64,000 bases of DNA from Octopus bimaculoides (taxonomy: Eukaryota): NCBI RefSeq assembly GCF_001194135.2, contig NC_069003.1, forward strand, positions 21,265,587 to 21,329,586, given 5' to 3'. The notes under the pieces are model-generated. The model did not search any database. It saw nothing but the letters and a program-made list of their open reading frames with translations, and had not been told where the DNA came from. This document shows positions 1 to 11,356 of this stretch, piece after piece (within the stretch, counting starts at the first letter, position 1; each line of letters begins with the position of its first letter). A program made the translations under genes and the position numbers.

Positions 1-525
1 TGTGCTGCTTATCCTGAAACAAATCGTTTTTACTAATTTGAAACTATTATTATTGTTGTTATTATTATTCTTGTGGACCGGGCTGTGTGTTGTGTTCTTG
101 AGCAAGGCACGTTGTCACATTACTCCAGTTCACTCAGCTATAGAAATGAATTTCAACATCACTGGTGCCAAGCTGAATCAGCCTTTGCCTTTCCCTTGGA
201 TAACATCAGTGGCATGAAGAGGGGAGGGTGGTATGCATGGTCACTGCTGGTCTTCCATAAACAACCTTGTCCTGACTTGTGCCTTGGAAGGGAACTTTCT
301 ACGTGTAATCTCATAGTCATTCTTGACCAAAGGAGGTCTTTACTCCATTATCATTATTATTATTAATTTGTCCATCTTCACATTCTGGGTTCATATTCTG
401 CCGAGGTTAACTTTGCCTTTCGTCCTTTCAGGGTCAATAAAATAAGTACCAGCTGAGTGCTGGGGTCAATGTAACCAACTATCTCCTCTCCCAAATTTCA
501 GGCCTTGTGCCTACAGTAGAAAGGA

Positions 526-637
<112 letters not shown>

Positions 638-1699
638 NNNNNNNNNNNNNNNNNNNNNNNNNNNNNNNNNNNNNNNNNNNNNNNNNNNNNNNNNNNNNNN
701 NNNNNNNNNNNNNNNNNNNNNNNNNNNNNNNNNNNNNNNNNNNNNNNNNNNNNNNNNNNNNNNNNNNNNNNNNNNNNNNNNNNNNNNNNNNNNNNNNNNN
801 NNNNNNNNNNNNNNNNNNNNNNNNNNNNNNNNNNNNNNNNNNNNNNNNNNNNNNNNNNNNNNNNNNNNNNNNNNNNNNNNNNNNNNNNNNNNNNNNNNNN
901 NNNNNNNNNNNNNNNNNNNNNNNNNNNNNNNNNNNNNNNNNNNNNNNNNNNNNNNNNNNNNNNNNNNNNNNNNNNNNNNNNNNNNNNNNNNNNNNNNNNN
1001 NNNNNNNNNNGGTCGATAAAATAAGTACAGTTGAAGACTGGGGGTCAATATAATCAACTCATCCTCTCCCCCAAAATTGCTGCCCTTGTGGAAAAATTTG
1101 AAGCCATTATTATTATCATTCAGAATCATTAACGCACCAGACTAAATGCTTAGTGGTATGTTGCCTGTCACTACATTCTGAGTTCAAATTCCGCCAAGGT
1201 TGACTTTGCCTTTCATCTTTTCGGGGTCGATAAAATAAGTACAGTTGAAGACTGGGGGTCAATATAATCAACTCATCCTCTCCCCCAAAATTGCTGCCCT
1301 TGTGGAAAAATTTGAAACTGGAGCAAGCTGACAGAATCATTGGTATACCAGATAAAATTGTGTGTATGTAGGTGTGTGTATGTGTGCATGCCTCTTCATT
1401 TTGACATCACATGACTGTTGTGAGCTTGTAAGTAAGTCATCAAGCAGACTTCAGATGATGCTGGACTAATAATTCCTTCTAGACAAACCATCAACATCTG
1501 GAGATGTTTTGATAAACAACAAATCTACATTTGTTAAGAATTAATATACTGCAAAAATTAACAACAAAAATAAATGTCTAATGATTCAAAAAGATAGTTG
1601 TGCTTTAATTAGAAATTATTAATTAGTTAATTAGTGGAAGCTGTGTGTGTGTGTGGTAGAGTTAGTAAAGAGAAAAATGCCTTGCGGTATTTTGATACA

Positions 1700-3330
1700 A
1701 GTCTATTACAATACCACTACAACCACCACCTCTGCCATCACCACGATTACCACAAACACCAACACTCTCACCATCATCATCATCATCATCACTATAGGCA
1801 GCACTGTTACCACCACCATCACCAGAACATACTACTACCATCAGTGCACCATCATGACCTCTGGCACCATCACCACTATCTTCACACTGCCACCAGCACC
1901 ACCATCACCACCACCACCTATTGTCACCAATAGCAACACCAACACCACTGAATACCACCAGAGCTACACAGCAACTCACACAACCGTTACATCACCATGA
2001 TCATCACTATCATCACCTGTCATCATCATCACAGCCACTGCTGCCACCACCACAACCACTGCTGCCACCACCATCGCTACATTGCTGCTAGCNNNNNNNN
2101 NNNNNNNNNNNNNNNNNNNNNNNNNNNNNNNNNNNNNNNNNNNNNNNNNNNNNNNNNNNNNNNNNNNNNNNNNNNNNNNNNNNNNNNNNNNNNNNNNNNN
2201 NNNNNNNNNNNNNNNNNNNNNNNNNNNNNNNNNNNNNNNNNNNNNNNNNNNNNNNNNNNNNNNNNNNNNNNNNNNNNNNNNNNNNNNNNNNNNNNNNNNN
2301 NNNNNNNNNNNNNNNNNNNNNNNNNNNNNNNNNNNNNNNNNNNNNNNNNNNNNNNNNNNNNNNNNNNNNNNNNNNNNNNNNNNNNNNNNNNNNNNNNNNN
2401 NNNNNNNNNNNNNNNNNNNNNNNNNNNNNNNNNNNNNNNNNNNNNNNNNNNNNNNNNNNNNNNNNNNNNNNNNNNNNNNNNNNNNNNNNNNNNNNNNNNN
2501 NNNNNNNNNNNNNNNNNNNNNNNNNNNNNNNNNNNNNNNNNNNNNNNNNNNNNNNNNNNNNNNNNNNNNNNNNNNNNNNNNNNNNNNNNNNNNNNNNNNN
2601 NNNNNNNNNNNNNNNNNNNNNNNNNNNNNNNNNNNNNNNNNNNNNNNNNNNNNNNNNNNNNNNNNNNNNNNNNNNNNNNNNNNNNNNNNNNNNNNNNNNN
2701 NNNNNNNNNNNNNNNNNNNNNNNNNNNNNNNNNNNNNNNNNNNNNNNNNNNNNNNNNNNNNNNNNNNNNNNNNNNNNNNNNNNNNNNNNNNNNNNNNNNN
2801 NNNNNNNNNNNNNNNNNNNNNNNNNNNNNNNNNNNNNNNNNNNNNNNNNNNNNNNNNNNNNNNNNNNCTTATCTCTGCCACCACCACCACCACCACCACC
2901 ACCACCACCACTATCACCACCATAAGTATTTCTGATAGCAAAGCCTCCACCAACTTATCTCTGCCATCACCACCACCATCAACCCCACCACCATCAACCC
3001 CACCACCATCACTCCTACCACCACCATAATTATCTCTAACAGCAATGCTTCCACTAACTTATATCCCCGCCCCCCGCCATCACCACTACCACCACCATCA
3101 TTACCACCTACACTATCGCCACCACCACCACCTCTGTTACAGTATGGATTATATCAGTGAATTATTTTCCCTGATTTATTTGACAAATAATACTTGATAC
3201 AGCAATCGAATGAGGCAGGACAGAACCGGTGGTGGTGGTCATGTACGTAGGGATGATTATAAGGATGATAAGGCAGTGATGATGATAGTACATGATGATT
3301 ATGTTGATAATGATGATGATGATGATAATA
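1700..3330. repeat. (CAC/CAT)n and (GAT)n low-complexity tract with N gap
   Basis: Direct reading; source of the poly-H/T ORFs. Confidence 0.9.
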
Positions 3331-4588
3331 ATGGTGACAATGGTGAATTCTATATTTGCCCCCTTGGGTAAACTAAATACAACATAAGTTCAGTGAATAG
3401 GATTAGATCATCATCATCATCATCATGTTCACTTTTCCATGGTTTGCATGGGCCAGATGGAATTTGTTGGGACAGATTTTCTATGGCAGGATGCCTTTCC
3501 TGTTACCAACCTTCATTTGTTTCTGTGTACAGTAGTATTCCCCCATGGCCAGATGTTTTTCACAGAAGACTGGAAATGAGCAATCTCACTTGTATGTTAG
3601 TGATACTCATTTACAACCATCTTGTGATGTCTATACAAGGGTATACACATATACACACTCATATATATGATAGGCTTTTTTCAGTTTCCTTCCAATTTCA
3701 CTCACAAGGCTTCGGTCAGCTTAGGGCTATAGTAGACATTTGCCCAAAGTGCTTCACAGTGGTACTGAACACAAGATTGGGAAGCAAGCTTTCTGTGTGT
3801 GTGTGTGTGAGGACTTAGAAATTTTTGTGTATTGAGATCCTAAAACCAAGGTGCCAAGTAGAAAAAGCACCCAGTACACTCTGCAAAGTTGTTGATGTTA
3901 GTAAGGGCTAAACCAAGCCAAAACAGACTATGGAACATGGTGCAGCCCCTGGCCTTGCCAGTTCTTATCAGTTCCAACCAATGCCAGTAAACATTTGCCC
4001 TACTTTCTGCTGTTTGCATTTCCAAAAAGTGTGGCTGGCCCTACACAAGCCTTCACTATTGAAACAAGTCATCTGTGTAGGTAGTCTAACTGCTGGCTGT
4101 TGGACTTACGTATGTTGAAATGAAATGATCTGTTTTACACACACACACATATATATACGATGGGCTTCTTTCTACCCGATCCACTCACAAGGCTTTGGTC
4201 AGTCTGAGGCTATAGTAGAAGACACTTTTCCAAGGTGTTCCACAGTGGCACTGAACTTAAAAGCATCTGGTTGGGAAGCAAACTTCTTACCACACAGCCA
4301 TACCTGCACCTATCATCATCATCGTTTAATGTCTGCCTTCCATGCTGGCTTGGGTTGGATGATTTGACAGGAGACAGCCTGCACCAGGCTTCTGTGTCTG
4401 TTTTTGCAGGGTTTTTACGGCTGGATGCCCTTCCTAACACCAACCACCCAGCAGAGTGGACTGAGTGCATTTTATGTGGTACAAGCACAGGTGAGGTCAG
4501 TTTTGACATGGTTTTTACAACTGGATGCCTTTCAAAACACCAACCACTTTACAGTGTGGACTGGATGCTTTTTATGTGGCATCAGCAC

Positions 4589-4750
4589 TATATATATTTC
4601 TCTCCCTGTTTCTTTCTGTGGAAGAGCGTAGGCTCGAAACATTAAAGACTTTTTCACTTCCCGAGCATTAAACTAATACATCTGTTTGCTGTCTTCACCA
4701 CCTGTCTTTGTCTTTTGTTTTATTTGTGAATTCTCCCCCTATATATATAT
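4589..4750 (+). mobile_element. Penelope-like element terminal-repeat (pLTR) remnant
   Basis: Contains a hammerhead motif, is bounded by (TA)n at both ends, and has a related copy at about 22790-22930. Confidence 0.55.
4611..4648 (+). ncRNA. Minimal type-I hammerhead ribozyme motif (Penelope-type), A6U core
   Basis: TCTTT-CTGTGGA-A-GAGC(GTAG)GCTC-GAAAC-ATT-AAAGA: stem I 5 bp, stem II 4 bp; G16.2 decayed to A. Confidence 0.7.
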
Positions 4751-5608
4751 ATTACCATTTTAATGTCCTGTTTTCTATGCTTGGATCAAATGAGATTTAT
4801 TCAAGCAGAATTTCTATGACTAGATGCTTCTCTTGTGCTGGTGTTTTGGAAACTGCCCTCACTACACTCTGAAGTATGAGGTTATGAGGATTTTTTAGTC
4901 TTGCCAAGGACAGTGCACCTCTCTAGTGCTGGCTTCATGAAAATAACTATCTAGCACTATATGTAAAGTGGCACTAGGAAGGGCATCAAGACTTAGAAAC
5001 CAAGCTACAAAGTGAAACAGGAATGAGAGGAGGTCTCTTGAACTGTAACCCTTGAATACATGTTTTGACTGACTCTGACAACAGTTTATGAACAATTCTA
5101 CCAGCTGACTGCCTTTATAAAAGTAGTGATGATGATGTTTCCTTGTTTTGATATTGTATGGTTTCTGTAAATGAATGTCATTCATTTCCAGTGCTCTGCA
5201 AAAACGTGTCTGGCAATGGAGAAATATTACCCTGCTTAGAAACAGGTAAGGACAACTGATTGCAGAAAATCTGCCTCAGTAAACTCCATCCAACCCATAC
5301 AAGAATGGAGAAATGGATGTTACAGGCTAAGGTGTGGCTATATGATTAAGAAGTTTGCTTCCCAACCACAAGGTTCTGGGTCCAATCTCACTATGTGGCA
5401 CCTTGGGCAAGTGTCTTCTACAAAAGCTTTGTGAGTGGATTTAGTTGATGGAAACTGAAAGAAGCCTGTCATAGATGTGTGTGTGTGTGTGTGTGTGTCC
5501 CACCACTGCTTGACAACTAGTTTTGGTTTGTCTATATCCCTGTAACTTTTACTGAACCACTAAGTTATGGGGATGTAAACACACCAACACCAGTTGTCAA
5601 GTGGTGGT

Positions 5609-5644
<36 letters not shown>

Positions 5645-5999
5645 CCAGGTTCCTTCCAGTTTTCTTCTACCAAATCCACTCAAAAGTTTTTGGTCAGCCT
5701 GAGGCTATAGTAGAAAACAACTGCCCAAGGTGCCATGTAGCAGTTTTGAACCTGGAACCATTTGGCTGGATGGCAAGCTCCTTACTTCACAGCCATGCCT
5801 GCACCTAGAGTCAGTTTTGACATTTATTCCAGGGAGTCTGATTCTGTAGACGGAGTTCCCTCTCCCCACTCTTCCAAAAATCTGATTCTGTTGACAGGCC
5901 CTAACCCCCACTTTAAAAATCAGCTCAATTCTGTTGCCCACCCCCCTACATTTTAAAAATAAGTTCCATCGTTATATAATTAATAAACCAATGATGACA

Positions 6000-6232
6000 T
6001 AAGCCAATGAAAGAGCCTTTGCATGGTTGATAGACCTGCTGGAAATACTAGCCAAATTTCCTTCATATCAGTCACTATTGTCTTCAGAAAGGAAGAATAC
6101 ATTCGATAATGTAAGCCTAGGTACAATGTGTCCAAGGGAGGAAAAAATGGGATGGTTATGGTTGGAATGCCTTTGATCATAAGTCTACACAACTGGGACC
6201 GACCTGGGGCTAAACAACAACAACAACAACAT
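6000..6232 (+). mobile_element. (CAA)n-tailed SINE
   Basis: ctgctggaaatactagccaaat...atggttatggttggaatgcctttgatc...ggggctaaacaacaac; copies at 26330-26945, 55020-55300 (-), 60720-60785 (-). Confidence 0.7.
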
Positions 6233-6234
6233 TT

Positions 6235-7240
6235 ATGATGATGTTAGCAGTAATTGTTAAGGATTGGATGATGGAATAGTAAGTCTGTATGTGTGAGGTG
6301 ATAAATGTTGCAAAAGTGGTGGTGGTCATGATGAGGAAAATGGAGGTGGTGGTGGTGGTGACGATTGTGACTTAATAGTAATAGGGAGTGGTTAATTGAT
6401 GGTTTTGGAAACAAGCGGTGAATATGGTGAAGATGATAACGATAATGAGGAAAAGATGTTGATGAAAATGAGGTTGATGACATTATGATGGTGTTGGTGA
6501 TGACAATTTGAATGACAGTGATAGTGATGACAAAGGTGATTATTGTGGCAATAGTGATGACATTGACAATGGTGATTATGATGATGAAGGTGACATTGGT
6601 GATAACATTGATGACAAAGATGATGATGATGGTGATTATGCTGACGGAAATAAGGGATGGTTAATCGCCAGAATTAGAAATGAGTGATGAATATGATGAA
6701 GAAGACAATGACATCAATAGTAATGTTGATGACAACAATAATGATGATAATGATGTTGATGATGATGACGACAAAGGTGATTATGATGACAACAATGAGA
6801 ATGATAACATTGATGATGATGGTTATGATGATGAAGGTGAGAGAGATGATGACAAGGATGATGATGGTGGGGATTATGACAATGGTAATAGTGGATGGTT
6901 AAATGATGGTGTTAGAAATAAGTGATGATAATGCTGTTGATGAAAACCAGGTTGATGACAATATGATGGTGTTGGTGATGACAATGTTGATGACAGTGAC
7001 GATGACGACAAAAGTGATTATGATGATGACAATGACAATGCTGATAACATTGACAATGATGGTTATGATGATGATGACAGTGATGATGACGATGATGATG
7101 ATGATGATAATGGTGGTGGTAAAAATTACAACAATGGCAATAGTGGGTGGTTGATAGCTGGTGCTAGAAACCAATGATGACGGTGTTAATAAAGATGATG
7201 ATGATGATGATGCTAACGAGCCGATGATGACGATGGCAGG
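6235..7240. repeat. (GAT/GAC/GGT)n cryptic satellite
   Basis: Direct reading; source of the poly-D/M ORFs. Confidence 0.9.
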
Positions 7241-8329
7241 ACAATGTTATAACTCAAACGGTGAGACTGTCAGTGTGAACTAGCTGAGAAATTCATTTTA
7301 GCTTTAATGTTCGTGACTGAAAGTTGATATCCACATAAATGGTTATAGACACCGTTTACGATGGTGGTGATGCGGTTTGGGTAGGGTAGATGGTGGGGGA
7401 CGACAGAACCACTGTTGTTGTTGTTGTTCATGTGACTGAGAAACATACTATACAGTGGTTTATTATATGGGGCTATAGCATGGTAGTCTCAACATGGTGG
7501 TGGTAGTGGTAATATTAGTACTGTAGTTGTTGCAATGAGTGGTATTGATGTTAGTATTGTTGGTGGTGTTGATGTTAGTGTTGTTGTTGTAGTGGTGGTG
7601 GTGGTGATATTGTACTTGTTCAGAATAGTGGTGATGTTGTTGGTGGTGGTGTCTTTGTGATTAAGGATTACCTTATCTTTTACTTGTTTCACTCGTTAGA
7701 CTGTGGCCATGCTGGAGCACCGCCATAAAGAATTTTTAGTCAAATGAATCAACCCCAGAACTTATTTAGTCCTGGTACTTATTTTATTGATCATTTTTGC
7801 CAAACCACTAAGTTACAGGGATGTAAACACACCAACATTAGTTAGCAAGTGGTGGCAGGGGATAAACACACACACACACATGGCAGGCTTCTTTCAGTTT
7901 CCATCTACCAAATCCCCTCACAAAGCTTTGGTTGGCCCACGGTTAAAGTGGAAGATACTTGCCCAAGATGCCATGCAGTGGGACTGAACCTGGAATCATG
8001 TGGTTGGGAAGCAAGCTTCTTACCACACAGCCACGTATTGGTTTATTATATAGATTGTGGTATAGGTGTCAAGACAGAGTGGTGACATTGATAGTAGTGG
8101 TGGTAGTGTTATGTTAGTAGTTATGGTGATGATGATTGTAGTATTGGAGCCAACATTGCTGGTGGTGACTCTGGTATTACACAGAAGATAGCAGTGGTAG
8201 AGGTACTGGTCTTGAAGCTGACAATAGTTGTGGTGGTGTTAGTGCTGTTGTTGATGATGATGAGGATGATTGTGTGGTATTAATGGTAGTACAAGTGGTA
8301 ATGTTGGTTTTTTTGTTGTTGTTTAGCTT

Positions 8330-8700
8330 CAGACAAAGAACTGCAATGTTTGATGATAGTTTTGGAGTAAAACCTGCCCCCCCACCCCACCCCACCTGCA
8401 AGAATGGTGAAATTAATGTTGATGGCCATGAGGAAAGCTGGGAGTCATGATGTCTATACAAGAGTGTTTCATCATATGACAATGGGCAATTTTGGAAATA
8501 TATTTTTTCTACCACCATGGGTAATATCAGGAAATATTCTTTTCTACTCTAGGCACAAGACCCAAAATTTTGAAGGAGGGGGCCAGTTAATTAGATTAAC
8601 CCCAGTATGCAACTGATACTTAATTTATCGACCCTAAAAAGATGAAAGGCAAAGTCGACCTCGGTGGAATTTAATATCAGGAAATATTGCAATACATACT
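8330..8700 (+). repeat. Dispersed repeat split by a SINE (16-bp TSD AATATCAGGAAATATT); inverted copy at about 12500-12725
   Basis: gaatggtgaaattaatgttg...agtgtttcatc..atgacaatggg...catgggtaatatcaggaaatat matches the reverse complement of 12500-12725. Confidence 0.75.
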
Positions 8701-8850
8701 ATAATTATAATTTAACTTTTACCAAATTTCTTGGTGCTTTAATCAAAATGGTAAAATGAATACTAATTTTCAAAAGAAGAAACCTGCATGATCAGACATT
8801 CCAAGTTGATCATTCAGAATCATTTTAAACATAGTTGTAATCATGGAGGG

Positions 8851-9170
8851 AAGGTGCATGGCTTAGTGGTTAGGGTATTTGACTCACAGTTTTAACCTTG
8901 CGAGTTCAATTCCTGGCAGTGCGTTGTGTCCTTGAGCAAGACACTTTATTTCACGTTGCTCCAGTTCACTCAGCTGGCAATGATGAGTTGTACCTGTAAT
9001 TCAAAGGACCAGCCTTATCACATTCTGTGTCATACTGATCCCACTGAGAACTATGTTAAGGGTACGCATGTCTGTGGAGCGCTCAGCCATTTGCACGTTA
9101 ATTTCATGAGTAGGCTGTTTTGTTGATCAGATCAACTGGAACCCTTAATGTCATAACTGATGGAGTGCCC
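8851..9170 (+). mobile_element. tRNA-derived SINE, GTGTCCTTGAGCAAGACACT family
   Basis: ggtgcatggcttagtggttagg...gagttcaattcc head; co-linear copies at 31051-31365 and 47955-48263. Confidence 0.85.
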
Positions 9171-9189
9171 AGTTTTTAGACATCGAAAA

Positions 9190-9740
9190 TTGAACCAAAT
9201 TCGACGACTGGCACCCATGCTAACCTTCCTTTATTGGACACTAAACTCAGCTTGCGAAGGCCTGTTGGGGCAAGTGAGATCGAAACTGAACCAAATTCGA
9301 TGACTGGCACCTGTGCCAGTGGAGTGCTAACAGCACTATCAGAGCAGGATCACTGCCAGAGCAGTGGTCTCGCTTCCGTGCTGGTGGCACGTAAAAAGCA
9401 CCATTTGAGCGCGATCGTTTCCAGCTTCACCTTACTGGCACTCGTGCCGGTGGCATGTGAACAAAACATAGGACTGACTTCTGTGCAGGTAGCACGTAAA
9501 AAACACCATTTGAGCGTGGCCGTTGCCAGTACCGCTGGGCTGGCCCTTGTGCTGGTGGCATGTAAAAAGCACCCACTACACTCTCGGAGTGGTTGACATT
9601 AGGAAGGGCATCCAGCTGTAGAAACACTGCCCGATCAGATTGGAGTCTGGTGTAGCCATCTGGTTCACCAGTCCCCAGTCAAATCATCCAACCCATGCTA
9701 GCATGGAAAACGGACGTTAAATGATGATGATGATGATGAT
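9190..9740 (+). mobile_element. (GAT)n-tailed retroposon 3' end with ggcacgtaaaaagcacc repeats (probably RTE-derived)
   Basis: Ends ttaggaagggcatccagctgtagaaac...catggaaaacggacgttaaatgatgatg; copies at 25230-25415, 25565-25715, 34700-34930 (-), 40480-40790. Confidence 0.7.
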
Positions 9741-10225
9741 CATCATCATCAATTAATGTCCATGTTTCATACTGGCATTGGTTGAACAGTTTGACGAGAT
9801 CTGATGGGTTCAAGAACTCCATTGTGCACCAATATCTGCTTCAGCACAGTTTTTCCAGCTGGATGCCAACCACTTTACTACAGTGTGTACTGCATGCTTT
9901 TTCTATGCTGCCAGCACTAATGAGATTGCTATGTTGCTTACCAATCACTTTACAGTTGCTTGCATAGCTAGATATGTCACTCGACCTGTCAAATCTTCTC
10001 AGCTTTCTGATTCTCACGCCACCACTTGCGTATTTACTATACCGTGCCCCCCACACCCCACCCTGCAATGGGAAATGGCACTTGATCTATCCATATTCAA
10101 TCCACCCTGCCAGTCACTTTACAGTGTGTACTGCATGCTTTTTTCATGCTAATGAGGTTGCCATGTAGCTTGCATGACTACAAACCCTGAAAGGAAAGCT
10201 TTAAACTAAGAGATGTGGGTTTAGA

Positions 10226-10545
10226 CAGGTGGCTCTAAACTATTCTTTACCTATGGATTCCTTTGATTACTGTTTTATTCTGGTGGACCTCCATAGCCAT
10301 TCAATGTTTAAAAACTTGTTTTATAGAAACTTCTTTCAAAATTCCTGTTTTTGTTTTTCCCACATTAACTTGTATAGGTTGAACTAAGTAAAATGTTAGA
10401 GAAAGAAACCTAGCTGTTGCTTGCAATACATACATCTAAAACAAAATTTTCTTCAGGGGCCCTTAAAATGCTATTGTGGATTCCCCGTTTATTTTGTTGC
10501 ATGGACCCCACAAAATCTTATATGGACCCTGGTTGAGAACCACTG
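10226..10545. mobile_element. hAT-type MITE
   Basis: Right TIR GGTTGAGAACCACTG, degraded left TIR CAGGTGGCTCTAAAC, flanks GGTTTAGA / GGTTAGAG. Confidence 0.65.
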
Positions 10546-11313
10546 GGTTAGAGTAGGAGAGAAATGGACAAAGCTGTGGAGGAGCTACATCATAGATGGG
10601 AGTGACTGGGTAGAGCCGGGGAGAGAGAAAAATAATGGGGATGAGGTACCAGAGAGGATGTAAGTAATTATTTTAAATCCATTTTCCATGCCAGCATGGT
10701 TGGGATGAGTTATCCCTCACAATCTATGTTTATTCTTAATAGGGGTTACTTCCCCACTAGACAGGTTAGTAAAACACTTCTTATTCTTGCATTTCACTTT
10801 TGGCTTGGTTTCTATGGTTGGATGTCCTTCCAAACACTAACAACTTTACAAAGTATACTGGGTGCATTTTATCATAGCATCAGCACTAGGGAGGTTGCCA
10901 TGTCCCCTACAAGACTGAGGGTCTTCTCAACCTCATGTTGTGTTCATTCGTTCACCAATAACTTTACAGAGAGTATGGTATAGTCTGTGGATTCAGCACT
11001 AATGGGTTTGTCTTCTACCTTGGAAGACTAAAGCTCCCTCGCTAGTCTGTGGTGTGTCTCTTAACACAAGACAGTAAGACCAAGATGAAAACAGATAAAG
11101 CAAAAGTAGAAGAAAATCAAGACAGACGGGTGAAGGTAACAAGAGTGTGGATAGTAACAGCAGTAGACAATGATGAAAGGAAGTGATGGATGTCGATAAC
11201 AACTAACCTGGAGAGCGAGAGAGAGAGAGAGAGTGAAAAGTGGTAGCATAGAAAGGGTGATGGTAGGGTACTGGAGACAAGCAGATTTGTTGCAGTTCTT
11301 ATATATATATATA

Positions 11314-11356
<43 letters not shown>

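Noticed and set aside
1011-1316. Identical 91-bp SINE segment at 1011-1101 and 1225-1316
   Set aside because: Exact identity right at a gap edge suggests a contig-overlap artefact or trivial local duplication.
6680-7174. Asp-rich and Met-rich ORFs resembling acidic biomineralisation proteins
   Set aside because: Open in several frames and on both strands because of (GAT/GAC)n; no signal peptide or exon boundaries.
9190-9580. CRISPR-like repeat/spacer look of the ggcacgtaaaaagcacc repeats
   Set aside because: Irregular spacing, no cas genes, eukaryotic context; part of a retroposon also seen at 25230, 34860 and 40600.
11005-11050. GACTA/TAGTC stem after CTTGGAA, hammerhead-like
   Set aside because: No GAAA core on either strand.
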